A stretch of DNA of 63,442 nucleotides, filler included, from Rhabdomonas costata (GCA_019059605.1; 36 parts of 36 records of this genome joined end to end with filler, not necessarily neighbours in it); one strand, 5' to 3'; positions 1 through 13,877 are shown, numbered from the whole stretch's first letter. The notes: generated by a model from the sequence alone, not told the origin. A program made the numbers and translations.

Positions 1-42
1 ACTCCAAACTTCGTATTCTCAAACCGCTCTTTCCTCGGAAGA

Positions 43-888
43 ATGGCTGAGAAGCGCCCTGCCCTATGGGGCTGGGCCCTTGCGATTGCTGCTCTGCTGC
101 TGGTGCTGCACCCTGGGCACCTGGTGACAGCTCAGGGGCCACCGGTTACCCCGCACCCCAAGATGTGGAAGCGGGCCATCGATTCCTTGGATCGGCTCTT
201 GAAGGGCCGTCCGCGTCAGCACGTGCAGGGTAGGCTTCCCCCGCCCGCCACACACACACACGGGTTGTGAGCGTGCGAAAGTTCCCCAGAAAAGGGGTGC
301 AAGCAGTTGTTAGGAAGAGCTGAAGACTGTGAGCAAAGACGATGGGGTACGATGGCACAGGAAGCACGGTTTCACCCAAGCACGTTCATCTTTACGCGTT
401 CACACACCCGCACTTTGGTGAGTGAAACCAATCTGAGCTATTTCCAGGGGCTGCATTCGTTACCTCCTCCCGCATCACTTCCGTCGGCACACACACACAT
501 TCCGCTCTATTCGGGCGTTGTCTGCGGCCATTCCGGGGGTTAGCCCTACGTCCGTTCTTGTGCCAGCGCTATCCTGTGAGATCCATTTTCACCCTTGAAA
601 TCTTTCTGGTCGCGGGGCTCTGGCTTCAAACCCCAACAACACCGTCAGCCAATGGTGTGAATGGTGTGAGCACTATCCCATGTTATTCTTCCTGTGCATC
701 GTCAGCAATACCACTTGCTCGTCACCGCATTGTGGTCCATTTGCGCTTTCGCATACATATTTTTCGTTTTTTTTTGGCATCAGATGAACAGCGCGATGCT
801 GCCCTTCCCACGAGAACGGTTTCGAGCGCTGCGGAGCCCTCTCCGGACAGCGCCTTGCCGCACCGCACAGTGAGGCCCTCCGGCACAG
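43..888 (+). CDS. Hypothetical secreted protein, first two exons (43-229, 784-888)
   Basis: MAEKRPALWGWALAIAALLLVLHPGHLVTA resembles a signal peptide. A GT-AG intron at 230-783 joins in phase (G|AT = Asp). Confidence 0.45.
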
Positions 889-1666
889 GTGTGTATAGAT
901 GCCCTCTTATGGTGCCTCGCTCCTGCTCTCCGAAAGCCCGCGATGGACTCTTTCCCCGAGCGGTGGCGTGCATTTCCTCACCTCCAGCTTCCTTTCCCGT
1001 TGGGCCCTCGCATACGTGGGGAACCTCATTCGCTGGCGTAGATTCTTCGTGGTGGGAGGTTCGGTGAAGTGCCGGTTAAGATTATGCGGTTCATAAATCC
1101 CGCGGCCGATGGGAGCGTGGGAGCATGGTTCTCAGCCGCAATCAATTGGGCCCCGAGTTACCGGAGGTGCATTCCTCTGGGTCCTCCCATCTGGATACCT
1201 CTTTTGGTTTCCGTAGCCTTTGCGTTGTGCCCACAGCTCTTGAGAACGCGGGAGCTTAGTTCGGCCATTAGCTCTCAAAAGGGGACGTACCGTCCTTCTC
1301 GTGCTCGCTCACCTCTGCAAAACAGTGGAGGGGGCGGTGCTGCCGGAATTGGGGGATTGAAACTCAGTCTTTTCGCCAAAGCTGTATGGCTGTTTCCAGC
1401 GGGATTCACAAAGACCTGAAAGTGGAAGGACTCAAATTCAGGTGGTTCTCCTGTGCTGAAAAGGACGTAGACGCATTTTGTTCTATGTGAGACCACCACA
1501 ACCGGTAGATGAGAGAGTCCGGACAAGATGCTTGTAAGTCAGGCACTCAAACTCCAAGCGGTGCACAACGGAGAAGATTTCGACGATGTCGCGAAGGCGA
1601 CGTGGTTCCGCCTAACCACGGCGGTGGTGGCCGCGGTGGCAAAGCAGCTCCGTACCACCACCACCC

Positions 1667-1766
1667 NNNNNNNNNNNNNNNNNNNNNNNNNNNNNNNNNN
1701 NNNNNNNNNNTTAATTAATTAANNNNNNNNNNNNNNNNNNNNNNNNNNNNNNNNNNNNNNNNNNNN
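1667..1766. other. Artificial contig spacer (first of 35; N44-TTAATTAATTAA-N44)
   Basis: An identical 100-nt block with a six-frame-stop 12-mer recurs about every 1765 nt up to 61680-61779. The inserts are all about 1660-1669 nt, i.e. length-sorted contigs. Confidence 0.99.
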
Positions 1767-4700
1767 TGTGTCGGGTGTGGTTGGTTGTGTGTTTGTGTGA
1801 GGGGGGGGTGGCGGGGTACCAGGGTTCGCCTTTTTTATAAACCAGTGCATATACGATATATGGAAGGTTGCGATGCGCGTGCCCCCCTGGGATTTGAATA
1901 GAAGCTTTTGCAGAACGTTTGCATGATAGGAGCAGATCATTCAAGGAGCGCAGCGGAGCGACTCCGGATCCTAAACGCTCCGCTACTTGTTATTTTTGGC
2001 TTTAAACGGGCATCTCTAGTACCGGGTACCTCCCCCACTTCACAATACCCGTGGACCCGGCGTTGGGAAGCCAAGCCAGTTCAACCCTACACAGGATACA
2101 CAGGAGCATGAGCCAAGTTTTGAGACTTAGCCTGAGCCTGGCACCTGGTCTTCCTCGGGTCGAGTCAGGAAGGTCAGGGTGTTGCTCTCGTAGCCCTTAA
2201 TCACCTGGACAGGTGAGAAATTGTGGGGCCAATGCGGTGTCCAGACAGGGTGCACACCCAGCCCACTGTTTGAAGGGAATCGTCACTCACTGTCGTCGAA
2301 TGCGATGAACCCTCAATTGTAGGAAAGACAACCTTTTTTCACTTTCAAAGCTAACTGAGGCTTGGAATGTGCATTCGGGGTATCAGTGCGCACGGTGAGC
2401 TTCGGTGGAAAATGTGGCCCAATTTCCGTGGCCCTTCGGAGATGAACAAAATCCCCAATGTTCGGAGCAGCGCTTTCGCACGAGGCACGCTAACGATCCA
2501 ACCAGCAACCCCGCCTGCCACCACCGCAGTGAGTGTGGAATTAAAAAAAAATGAAGAGACAGGGCACGCACGCACGGAGAGGTCCTCCTTTGAGCGGGCG
2601 AACCTCTAGGATTTTGGTTGGCTCCACCACTTGAACCTTCCGAGGAGGCTGGCTGTAGAGCTCATCCTGAAATGGAAAACGCGGGGTGGGCGTGAAAGGT
2701 AAACAAGAGAACAAGATCCAACCCAATCCAAAAAAAGAGGTTCCACTTCGGTGATGAAAAAACTTCGGTAGCACACACAAGGATGTCAACCGGTGAGAGA
2801 GGCATGCGGCTGCAGCAAAAGCACAGCGAAAAGGCACACCCCGCGGGCGAAGCGGATACAATTGTACAGGGAGAGCAGAGTTCTTCGGCGCACGTTGACG
2901 ACCAGCAAGGAGGTTCTGGAGCCCAAGTTGAGTTCCTCCTGAAAAGGCACATGCCCGCCCACAACGGAACCACAAAAGGAAGAGGTTGACCGCAAGCCCA
3001 GGAATTTCGAACCTCAACCCAGACATCCTGAAAGAGCAGAGCACTCAGCCAGCAGGTAACCAGCATTTTTTTTCCGAGAATCAAAGAATGATTGTCAAAG
3101 GCGCTGTGCGTGATATCTATTTGTTCGCCAATGAAGGTTTCCCCTTCATTGTGCCTTCAAGTTATTTTAATATAGAAGACAGGCCCTGGATTCCTTAGAC
3201 GGGGTCCAAACCAACACATGGTGGTGAAATGAGGTGGCAAGCCATCCATTATCCAAGTCATCCATCAGTCTACCACTCTTTAGGAATTTCTACTGGTGGC
3301 GGCTCCTTATTCTCTCGACTCTTTGAGGGCTCTGGGCCAGGGTTTCAGTTATCATCAGCACAAGCTTTATCACAGCAAGGAGGCAGCAGCAGCAGCAATC
3401 AATAAGGTGTTGATGATAACTGAAACCCCCCCNNNNNNNNNNNNNNNNNNNNNNNNNNNNNNNNNNNNNNNNNNNNTTAATTAATTAANNNNNNNNNNNN
3501 NNNNNNNNNNNNNNNNNNNNNNNNNNNNNNNNGTTGTGGGGTTCAACGGGACACACTCATAACTCGTTGGCCTCTTTACCTCCATTTTCCCAGGCTTCCT
3601 GCCGAGCATGGGAGTCATGCGCCCTTACAGGACGGAACGCGGGCCCTGGAGCTGGTGCGTGACAATGCTGAACATTGGGGCTTGGACCCCAGGAAGATTG
3701 GAATTATGGGGTCCCTGCTTTTTTTTAACCCTTTTTGCATTTGCTTTTCGCACTGGCAGGTGCATTAAACCTGAATTTCGGCACAACGTGTTCCTGATAT
3801 TCCTGGCTTTTCAGGCAAGTACTGCTTTTTGTTGCACACGCGACCTGAACCACATGTCACTGTTAAGTGAGTGCTTATGTTGAGGAGGTCGTCGATGTCC
3901 TCTTCTCCCTCTCAGCTTCTCTGCGGGAGGCCACCTTGCGGGCGCGGTAAGCCTTCACCACGCTCACCCCTTCGCACGGCGTGGGGACTGCCCCACTGGC
4001 AGCAGAGGGGGACCTGCTGCAAGACCAGATTTTGCTGTGCTGGTTGACTTTTTTTTCTGTGTTGTGTGGCATCTTCAATTTTTGGCGAGAAGGCAAAGTG
4101 CAGTTTTCAAGGCTTGCACGACGAGCGTGTCGACACCGCAGAAATCCCTCCCAATCCTGAGAAACGACCTCAAGGGCATGCCCGCACAGATGGGGTGCCA
4201 AAGCGCAATAGTTCAGCAAAAAGGGCACAGGATAGATACTCGCTGTAAATCGCGGACAATGCCACGAACCAACGTTTGCCAACCAGTTTGTCTTGCTTTC
4301 GATTGCTTCTCAGGTCTATCCTGTGGTGACAATGGAAACTTCCACACACCGGAAGTCCCGTTTGGCACTGCTGGGCGAAAACCCAACCCTGGAGCTGGTT
4401 CAGTTCTACAGCCTGGGTAATTACCCGCCCTCTCAAAAACACCAGTCCCGGCTTTACATTTTTCCCCTTCTCCTTTGTTTTCCTCTACTTGTGACGTTCT
4501 TTCAGAAAACCACGTGCAAGGATGGAGCGTGCAGCTGTTTCTGGTGCACTCTCGCAACGACCCTGTGGTTCACTCAAACAACTCCGTGGTGTTTGCAAAG
4601 GGTGTGCCCCCTTCCTCAAGCCGTTGGTTGGAAGGTAGGTGAGAAACAAAAGACCTGCTTTTGACAGGCCGAAATGGAAGTAATTTCGGGGAGTCGGCAG

Positions 4701-5643
4701 GGGGGTACTCAGGGGTCGCAAGCCTGCTTCGGCTTGGATATCATGACGAAGCTAAGGTTGGCATACAAAAGAGAATGATGACGTAACTAAGTGAAACGAA
4801 TAGAAAGTGAAGCCACCCCCCCCCCCTCGTGAAAGGAGGGACCCTGACTCTTTTTAATAGCTTAGTTTCCAACTCTTGTACCCACAGACTACCAGCGGGC
4901 CGGGGCGCCGTGCGAATTCCACATGATCGAGGGTTCCCGCCACGGCTACGGTCCAGGAACCCGACAGCCCATCTCCCTGCTCTCTGAGCAGGAGCGGACG
5001 TGGCCCCAGCGGCTCCGTCCTTGGCTGAAGCTGGTGCTGTCTGGTGCTCCTGGCTGAAGCGGCTGAAGCGCGCTTTTGGCTGAATGTGCCTCAAGCCCTC
5101 GCACAAATTCGCAGTTCGCAGGAGCTCTGACTTCGAGAGCGCAGCATGGTGAAGCGTCCACGACTGCCTAATGCGAGCATTTTTTTGGACCAAAACAANN
5201 NNNNNNNNNNNNNNNNNNNNNNNNNNNNNNNNNNNNNNNNNNTTAATTAATTAANNNNNNNNNNNNNNNNNNNNNNNNNNNNNNNNNNNNNNNNNNNNCT
5301 TATTTTCGCCTTTCGTAGTTCGAACATTTGAATTGTGCGAGAGGTGTGGGTATGCGAATGTGTTTGGTTGTGTCCTTCCCCCACGTGGACTTCCCCCATG
5401 CTTTTTGAGCGTTAGAGTATGCTCTCTACCTCCAAATTGAGGATCCTCCGTGCCGGGATGCGGGATCAGTGCGGGAAAAGCTGGGTAGGATAGAAATGTC
5501 TCGAGCACTTCGACCACGATGGTTTATCTTGTTGCGCTATGTTATTTGTGTGTGTATATTTGTCCACTCATATGCCAGAGAGCTGTGCAGCGAAGTGCCG
5601 CCGACGTCTTCTGCCAGTGGTGTGTGCGTGTGTGCGCGCTCAG

Positions 5644-6381
5644 GACGCGATGCGAGTGGTGCACGGAGATTCCTTTAAGCCGAGCTACGTCTCCTTAGAG
5701 GGCTACCTCTCAGCGGCCTTCACCCTGGCCGTGCTGCAGAGGATGCAGTCGGCCTATGTGGAGGACCCGGTCGAGTTCCTGCGTACCGTGTACCGCAGCT
5801 CGCTGTTTACCGTAGGGGAGCTGACCCTGGGCCCCTTCCTATCCCACTCTGACGGAACAGGCTGCAATCAGGGCCTGCGCCAGGTCCAACGAGGAGAGTT
5901 GAGCACATGCTTTAGATCATCTGTCTGTGTTGCCGACGCCTCAATATGGAGTCTCGCATTCCCGCTTATGTCCGTTCACATTTCCCTCTGATTTCCTGTT
6001 GCTGGAAGAATTGGCGACGAACTGCCACATCCTCACCCTTCTTCCTTCTGCTCTTCGTCGTTCTTCCTTTCTTCTTCTGCGTTTCAGGTTTGGCTCTCCC
6101 AAGTGATAACTGGGGGCTACGCCCCGCTTCCCTCGACGAGCACCTACACCTTTAGCAGCAGCGAGTGCTTTAGCGATCCCACTGCGCTGGCCAAGATCAT
6201 GCTGTTCGGGCAGTCCGTGGCGCTCAGCGGGCCGTGGGCCCGCTACGGGGCTGCCGTGCGAGACGGCATCCTGGCAGCCTTTGCGCAGAAGAACGCTCTG
6301 GGTGGAGTGTTCGGGTACCGCCTGGCGCTGCACACGATGGACGACGGGGGGAACCCCGCGAATTGCACCGCGAATACACAG
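5644..6381 (+). CDS. Receptor-type adenylate cyclase-like ectodomain (tandem periplasmic-binding/Venus-flytrap domains); exons 5644-5883, 6088-6381
   Basis: The spliced product has SLEGY...LGPF...CNQGLRQVW (end of one binding domain; CNQG as in trypanosomatid receptor cyclases). It then starts a new Leu/Ile/Val-binding-like domain, FGQSVALSGP...GILAAF..N..GGV.G..L.L..MDDG. The GT-AG intron is phase 0. Confidence 0.75.
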
Positions 6382-7064
6382 GTCATTTCTTCTTCCCTCG
6401 CTCATTCTTCTTCTTTTCGTATGACGTTTTTAAATAAATCAATTGGAGGTCACTTCATCACCACGAAGGGGAACCCCCCTCTCTCTATGTGTCCCTCGCC
6501 AAGCACGTGAGAGAACGAGACCTATTTCATCATCTCAAGTTTCGCGACCGCTCGAGACTGGTCAGTCTTCCAGCACCTATGTCCCCAACCACGCTACTGC
6601 TGGCTACCTTGTTTCACAGGGATAGTTTTGAATGGGGTGAGGCCAGACTTGCCGTAACCAGCGAGACCAGCGTGGTAGAAATGGAATCGACCCGATTTCG
6701 CAGTATTTGTACTTGTGTTTACACTTCGCACCCTGCTCTGTGTGTCTGTGTGTGTGAATGTGCGTGTGCGTGTTGGATGTCGGAAAACACCCGAGGTGCG
6801 GAAGCCGTGCAAAAACATTGTAAAACATTGTAAAACATTGTACATGTATAGTATTGTATCGTATTCCAAAGCCAAAGTATTCCATGCATAAAAGGGTGAA
6901 GGACAAAGAAGAAAAGTCAGCCCTTCTGAGAACAGTACACCAACCCCCAACCACACCCACCACANNNNNNNNNNNNNNNNNNNNNNNNNNNNNNNNNNNN
7001 NNNNNNNNTTAATTAATTAANNNNNNNNNNNNNNNNNNNNNNNNNNNNNNNNNNNNNNNNNNNN

Positions 7065-7301
7065 GCACCGGGAATGCCGAAGCAGGGCCCGGACTTTCTG
7101 AAGGTCGCCCTGCCGCACGGCCCTGAGGAAGCCCTTCCAGCTGCCCTGAACCCACTGCAGCTCCTCGCGGACCTTCTGGCGCGACCCCTCGTCTGCCGCA
7201 CTGAGCGGAGGACAGGGCGAGCCCACCCCTGCCGACGACACGGCTGGCTCCGGGCACCCCGCCTCGGGCACAACAATGTCCCCTTCGTCCATCTCATCCA
7301 T
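7065..7301 (-). CDS. Probable ankyrin-repeat protein, N-terminal fragment
   Basis: Starts MDEMDEG and reaches FLRAVRQGDLQKVRALL (ankyrin helix-turn-helix pattern) at the contig edge. Confidence 0.4.
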
Positions 7302-8691
7302 TTATCAACAGAAAACGCTGTGATGTCCGCTGTGATGCAAAAAAAAATAGTATGCAAAGCGGTGTCAGCACTGTCACAAAACTGCCATCGCCCCACCTTA
7401 ACAAATCAACATACCCGGGCACACTTCCCCCGGCAAAAGCGCATCCATATCATGGCACCGCCACCCCACTACCCACTCCTCGCCCCACGGTACCTCTGAG
7501 GATGGATCACTTCCCATTGCTTTTCCCCACATCCTTGTTGTTCTTGTCATGGGGTGAGGGCTGCATCACCGGAATGGAGGTGGCACAACCATGTTGACAG
7601 CGTCTGTTCGTTCTTTATTAGCCTTATCATCTCCACGGCAAGGCCTTTGTACATAAACCGTACTCATATTTGGGTCAGATAATGTGATGTGGAAACGTCT
7701 CAAGAATCTCTAGAACAAAGCAGAACAGAAAATAAACGATGAAAAGGGAAAGCAAAAGAGTCACGACCTCACTCAACTTTGGATGACCATGTTAACCCTA
7801 CGGCCACGACTTGGAAAGCACGGTGCAGGACAGCTCACGGGAACAACGGGCTTCTAGCATGGCAAAAGTATTCCATACCGCTGCAGTGGTGCGGAGCACT
7901 CTTTCCGCGCTTCCTCACTCAACCAAACACAGCGAACATGGTGTACAACAGGTGCCAACGCGCCCAGGCGCGCCCTCAAGAGGCCCTCCCGGGGGTTCCA
8001 GCCCGCACCAGGTGACCCTGGGCCTCCAGAAAAGTCAAGCCATAACGTGGAGTTTCATTTCGGACTCCCGCGCTCCTGACAAGCTTTCTCACAGGTCTCC
8101 GCCATTCCGCTGTGGGTGAACTTGTCAGCTCGGGCACACGCTCAGCACTGCAATCCTGCTCCGGGCATTTCGGCTCATCCCTAACCACCGACTCCCATTG
8201 TTTTCCATAATAACACTGATGAAGATGGTGGTCCTGCCAGGTGGCGCGTCCTTCTCAGAGGTCCCGAAGTGTCTTTCGCTTCTTTGTAGGTGCAACTGCT
8301 GCTGCAGAGGAAGGCACTTGGGGAGAAGCAGAGAGGCTTGTGGCTTCTTGTGGGAATTCTTCCATGGCACCCAACCTAAGAGAGAGAGAGAGAGAATGGG
8401 AAAGAAACAAGTCAGATACGCGGTCATTCACCCTGCCCGAAAATCGCGCACTGCGATATCGACTGCCACGGGGGGTCCGGGATAGATTGGCATTTTTCTG
8501 CAGTAGATCGCTGTCTCGCGCAAAAACATCACGACAAGCATATCGCATCGACATTGCATACCACACACACACACTTGGTGCACTTGGCAAGGATAAGTTT
8601 TTTCTGGGGAGGACTCGAGGTCCACTTCCCCCCTGGGCTCCCACCTTTCGATGGGGCATGGGGCATGGGCCGTCGGGCAAACCATTGCAAA

Positions 8692-8727
<36 letters not shown>

Positions 8728-8982
8728 CACAAANNNNNNNNNNNNNNNNNNNNNNNNNNNNNNNNNNNNNNNNNNNNTTAATTAATTAANNNNNNNNNNN
8801 NNNNNNNNNNNNNNNNNNNNNNNNNNNNNNNNNGTGTGTGTGTGGAAGGAAAAGGGTCAGTGTTGTTATTAAGGAGGGCGCAAAGCTCCCTCCTTCCCCC
8901 AGCGGTGCGATTGTGGGGTTCAAAAACCGTATAGTAAGCACTACGACAACCTGGGAGAAGGAGGGGGTGTCTGGGGGCTCAC

Positions 8983-10304
8983 CTGCCGCAGCAGCCCGGA
9001 TTCCACCAAGTCCTTCATGGAGAGGTCCCCCCGGGCCTGCTTGTAAACGAAGCTGTGGCTCAGCAGCCCGTACCTGTGGGTGACAATTCAGAGCAGGTGG
9101 TGAAGCATAACCGTCACCGGCCAAAACGTTTATCACTGGTAACCGAAACCTGACTGAAAATTTTTCAGATTTTGGCGTCTTTTCAGTGATTCCGCCTCAG
9201 CCGCGCTCTGCGCAGACCCCATCCCACCCCTTGACCCAGTTCCTGCGGGCTCCTGCGTTTAATACGAAGGATGTTGTATGCAAGGCCCTTGACTGGGACT
9301 TCTTGACTGGCACTTGTTAAACGCTAATTTTGTCCCCAGTGCAACCACAGTTCCGCATTTGCCGTTCGCCCGAACGGATTCGTGGATCATATTGGTTCTC
9401 CTGCAGTGTGCACAATGTTTTTCGTTTTTTGGGGTGAAAGTACACCTTCAACAGATCTCGGCACAAGGCACACACAACCATTCGCCTGGGTGCCAGCCTC
9501 TTGTCCCTGTCTCAGAAACACATACCGCAGCACGGTCTCCCGCAGCTCACGGTCGGCCTCAGTGTTGGCCGGGAAGAAGACCCCGGACATCATGCACAGG
9601 TCATCCAGTGCTGTCCTGCGCGTGTGTTTGGTTCTTTTCGGGGAAAAGAGAACTCAGAAGTCACCAGGAACGCTTGCCATCGCACATCGCAAGCGTGAGA
9701 CGTGGAAGAGAACCCACCGAGTAAGGTTGCCGAGACATAGAGGAAGCAAGGAAGTGCGATGCGTTCCGGCCCCCAACCTACCCTTCACAACCACTTTGGA
9801 GACCACCGCAAGTAAAAAGGGGGCAACCTCCGCCCCAACAAGGCAGCCCTCCGCATGGGTGATTTATGTTGTGTTGGGTTTGTAATGTTTTCAAAGGATA
9901 ACACGAGCACAATATGAGACCACCTTCCGCACCACAGAACGCAATCCTCAGGGAAAGTCATGCGGAGGAGCGGGGCCACAAGGGAAGGACTTGACTGCTC
10001 TCAAAAATTATACACATAGCATACGAAGCTTCCGTCTGCTTGACTGTGGTGAGGTGCATATACTCGCTGATAGCCAAAAGGCACTCATCTCCCGAGCCCT
10101 TAACACGGGGGACTTCATAAGTGTGTGGATGGATCGAGTGCTAGGGAAAGGGGGCAACCATAGGCCACCCAGGCAGTCGTTGCGGAGCGTCCACCACCGA
10201 CTGACAGAAAGACTGACGTACAGCCCCATCAGAAACGGCAGCAGCCCGTGCATGAAGTTCGTCAGCTCCTGCAGCGTACCGTCGGCACCCGGGCTGGGGT
10301 AGAC
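8983..10304 (-). CDS. Bestrophin-family channel; exons 10304-10159, 9615-9526, 9073-8983
   Basis: FLMGLYVSLSVSRWW matches the bestrophin FxLGFYVxxVxxRWW motif. In-phase GT-AG splicing gives GGLW-TALDDLCM and VLR-YGLLSH...DLVESGLL. Confidence 0.85.
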
Positions 10305-10773
10305 CTAAGAACCCCCGTCTCACCTCATCATCATACGAACAACCCGTACCAATCATCGCAAGAAGTTCCCCATGATTTCTTCTTTCTCTTCACTCGCAAT
10401 ATTGCATTCAAACCCACCAGCTTCCATTCCATTTTATATTGCATTCCATCCCACCACATCGCATTCTGCCTGGTTCCAACCCAACCCATCCCACAACACN
10501 NNNNNNNNNNNNNNNNNNNNNNNNNNNNNNNNNNNNNNNNNNNTTAATTAATTAANNNNNNNNNNNNNNNNNNNNNNNNNNNNNNNNNNNNNNNNNNNNT
10601 GTTGTTGGGCTATGTGGCTCTTCCCTCACCATCGCCATCGCACCACAGACCCAAGAGCGCAAAAGAGAAGCGTCCCCCCATGGGAGAGAGATGCTTCTTT
10701 CCACGTGCAGTCCTGAAGTCACCCCACCGCATCCTCCCTTTCCTCCTGTCAGCTTCCCCTCCTCCGCTGTGTT

Positions 10774-11266
10774 TTACGGCTTCACCACCAGCACAGGGCA
10801 GGGCGCGTTGTGCATGGCGTAGTGCGGGGTGGAGGAGACGTCGGCCTTGGCGGGCCCGGAGGTTCCGGTGGCCTCCGAGAGCTCCGCCATCAGCCCTTTG
10901 CTGCCCAGCACCAGGAGGTCGGCATCCAGGTCAAAGCATGCCTGCACCAGGGCCACCTTGCGGCTGGCCGTGCCAGCGATCTCCTTGATGGCAAAGCTGG
11001 CCTTGCTGCCGCTGTTCTTCAAGACCTCCTCGCTGAGCTGCGAAAAAGAGGTGCAAGAGGGAACATGGGCACCAAAAGTACCCCCACAAGGGAAACCCCC
11101 GGTTCCTCCGCAATCCCCTTGCCCTCCCTCGGGTCCACCTTGGCCGCGCGCTGCAGGACTTCCTTGGTCTTGGTGTCGCGGTACTTCGCGAAGTCCTCCT
11201 GGACCATCGCAGGTGCCTCCCGGGGTAGCGTAGGTGGGATGTAAATGCCGGTGATCTTGTCGACGT
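10774..11266 (-). CDS. Universal stress protein (USP) domain; exons 11266-11139, 11037-10774
   Basis: DADLLVLGSKG and HYAMHNAPCPVLVVKP* are canonical USP C-terminal motifs. Phase-0 GT-AG intron at 11138-11038. Confidence 0.88.
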
Positions 11267-12678
11267 CTGAGTCACGACCAACACACAGCCAGTACACCAT
11301 CACGCGCCAATGCACTTCACTGCACTGTATACCACAGGCAAACGATGAGAAGTGACAGAAAGCCCTGTCACGGTTTAGTCACAGTTTAATATGAGTTCCA
11401 GTGTCTCACCACTTTTCCCCACACCACTATTTCTGCTGGGTGCCGCCAAGCACTTGAAAAGTGAACAATTGAACAATTTGAACAAAAGAGGCAGAGAATG
11501 CTGTCCTCAATCAGACTGACCTCGCGATTAAGGCGGCCGAGGCTGGGCCTCAACGCAGCCCGCTGCGCAGCCCGCTGGAACATGGCTCGGTAGTGGTTGT
11601 GGTGGTGGGGGGGAGCGCACGCCTATTTCAGAGCTCACTCCGAAGACGCAAAGAACAAAAGGAATCGAAAGCAGGTCGCTGCAACGTGAAAGAAGCGAAC
11701 AACGCATGAACTCATTACCGCTTTACAAACCAGCCTCGGCACTGCACATGTCCCAGTGCACCCGTCGTTGTGGGTGATTGCCACAAAACAGGCCGAAACC
11801 TCAAAAGTCAAGCTAAACGCACACAAACCGATAACCGCGTGTGCCCTCCACAACCTTGTATTTGAGATCTCTGCCCTGCAAAAGCAACCATTCAAGCATT
11901 CGCCATCTGTCTCAATGGACATCTGGGCAGATTGGAAGCAGCGAAAAGCACGCATTTGGCAGGAAGAAACGTACCCATAACCCACATCCTCAGAAAATTC
12001 CGGTGGGATCAATAAATCAAAGCGCCGAAAAAACGCAGCTCGGAAAAAATAGCAAAAGAAAAAGCGATCAAGGGATTTTTGTCGCGTTGCATGAAATACT
12101 TAAATTTCTCTTTCCCTCACATCAGGAACGGTTCCAATTTGAGGAGGGAGGAAAGATTTTGGATGCCTCGACTCGGAAGAGATTTTCTTTTTCTTCTCTT
12201 TCAGTCTCGGGTCATGACTTCGGTGCTGTCGAATACGGGCCAGTGACGTATCCAGGTAAAGCATNNNNNNNNNNNNNNNNNNNNNNNNNNNNNNNNNNNN
12301 NNNNNNNNTTAATTAATTAANNNNNNNNNNNNNNNNNNNNNNNNNNNNNNNNNNNNNNNNNNNNTGTGGTGGGTGTGGTTGGGTGGGGTGGTCCCAGATG
12401 CTGGTTATGGTGGCATATGTGCTACGGGCCACCGCCAGAAGAAGTCCGAACAATTGTCCGGAAAAAACAAGCAAGACATACGGCAAACATTTTATGTGGG
12501 TGAAACGACCACCACACATTGGTAAACCCGAGTTTTTTGCGAACTGCTGATAATCATCTTTCTGCACCACATCGCCAGAACATGTCCTGCTGGAGGCAGT
12601 AATTCAGTAAAAGCCCCAAGCCACCACAATCACAAAGTGTCGGCATCTCCAAATGACATCGGTGGACCAGAACCACAC

Positions 12679-13877
12679 CCTTGCAGCGAGCTCGGTTTGT
12701 TTCTGCGTTGCGCCGCAGCAGGTCCACCACGGGACCCGTGTCGGTCAGCAGCACATCCGCGCCAAGGGCGGCACAGCACAGCCCCACCAACCCTGCGGAT
12801 AGCATCAGGGGAGAGATAGCAGCGGAACTTTTGAAAAGGAGTTGCGTGGGTGTCACGGATTTCTACAGTCGTTCGTTCGTTGACTTTGAAGGACAAACGA
12901 AACGTGAGATGGACTTTGTCATTCTTCGCGTGAAACTATGCTCTTCGCATGGCAAAGCGGTTGTTGGTATCAAAGACTTCTCTCTGAGAGCAATGCAAGC
13001 GGACGCATAAAAACACGGAGTGGGGCTCCGCGGTATCCATGATCTGACCATTTCGAAACTCGCACCACTCTCGCCAGCCTCAATCCAACGGGTGACAAGG
13101 GCCCAGAGCGTTGGGGTTGAGAGTGTTCTCGGCATTCTTTTACTAGAACCTGTGCCAGAGCCCACCTCAATCACACGCTTGCCTTGCAGCCCGTCGACGC
13201 CGTACCGGTAACACAAGAACTGCGCCAGCAATACCTGTCGAGAAGACAGGAAGGAAAGCAAAAAAAAATAGGCGGGGGGGGCATCCTCGCGTTCCACCCG
13301 AACACCCACAACTTTGTGCACTTGAGAGAATCACTTGGGGTTCTCCCCTTGCCCCTCCCCTCGACGGGCTTGGGCCTCACTCCCTTCGCCTCACGAGTCA
13401 TGCTACTCTCTCTTGTCACACAGGTTTGGAACCCCGCGACCTATCGTCGAGGCCGTGTTAGAGCTCTTGGATTGCATTTGGTGGATGCCCAACCGCCACT
13501 GGCGGAGATCCCATTCTCTTTGCCCAATTCTTTTGCAACCCAAAACTTCGCTTTTTTTCCTTACATGTTTCACATTATTTTGTAGGTTTTTTTGTACGTT
13601 TATTTTACAATTGTCAATTGTAAACGAAAGAAATTGCTGTTAGTCACGGGTCATTGCCAACGTCATGGAAATTTCCTCTGTACATATGCACACATACACA
13701 CAATCACACGCACAAACGGACCGCGGCATCCCAAACGTGCCCCCCAGTGCCGACTCCCTCCAGTTCGCTGCGGCAGTTCTGCGACATCCGCAGCTCAACC
13801 TCAGCCGGAGCCACCGCCAACCGCAGAGCGAACTCCGTGGATTGCGAGCCTTGTCCACGCCAGGACAGCCCCCGAAC
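12679..13877 (-). CDS. METTL21/EEF1AKMT-like lysine methyltransferase (Methyltransf_16); exons 13877-13722, 13234-13150, 12792-12679
   Basis: The spliced sequence TGGHVWDAA|VLLAQFL...GKRVIEVGSGTG|LVGLCCAALGADVLLTD carries the family motifs, and all joins are in phase. Confidence 0.9.

Noticed and set aside
6811-6843. (TGTAAAACAT)x3 and numerous (CA)n/(GT)n tracts
   Set aside because: Ordinary intronic micro- and minisatellites.
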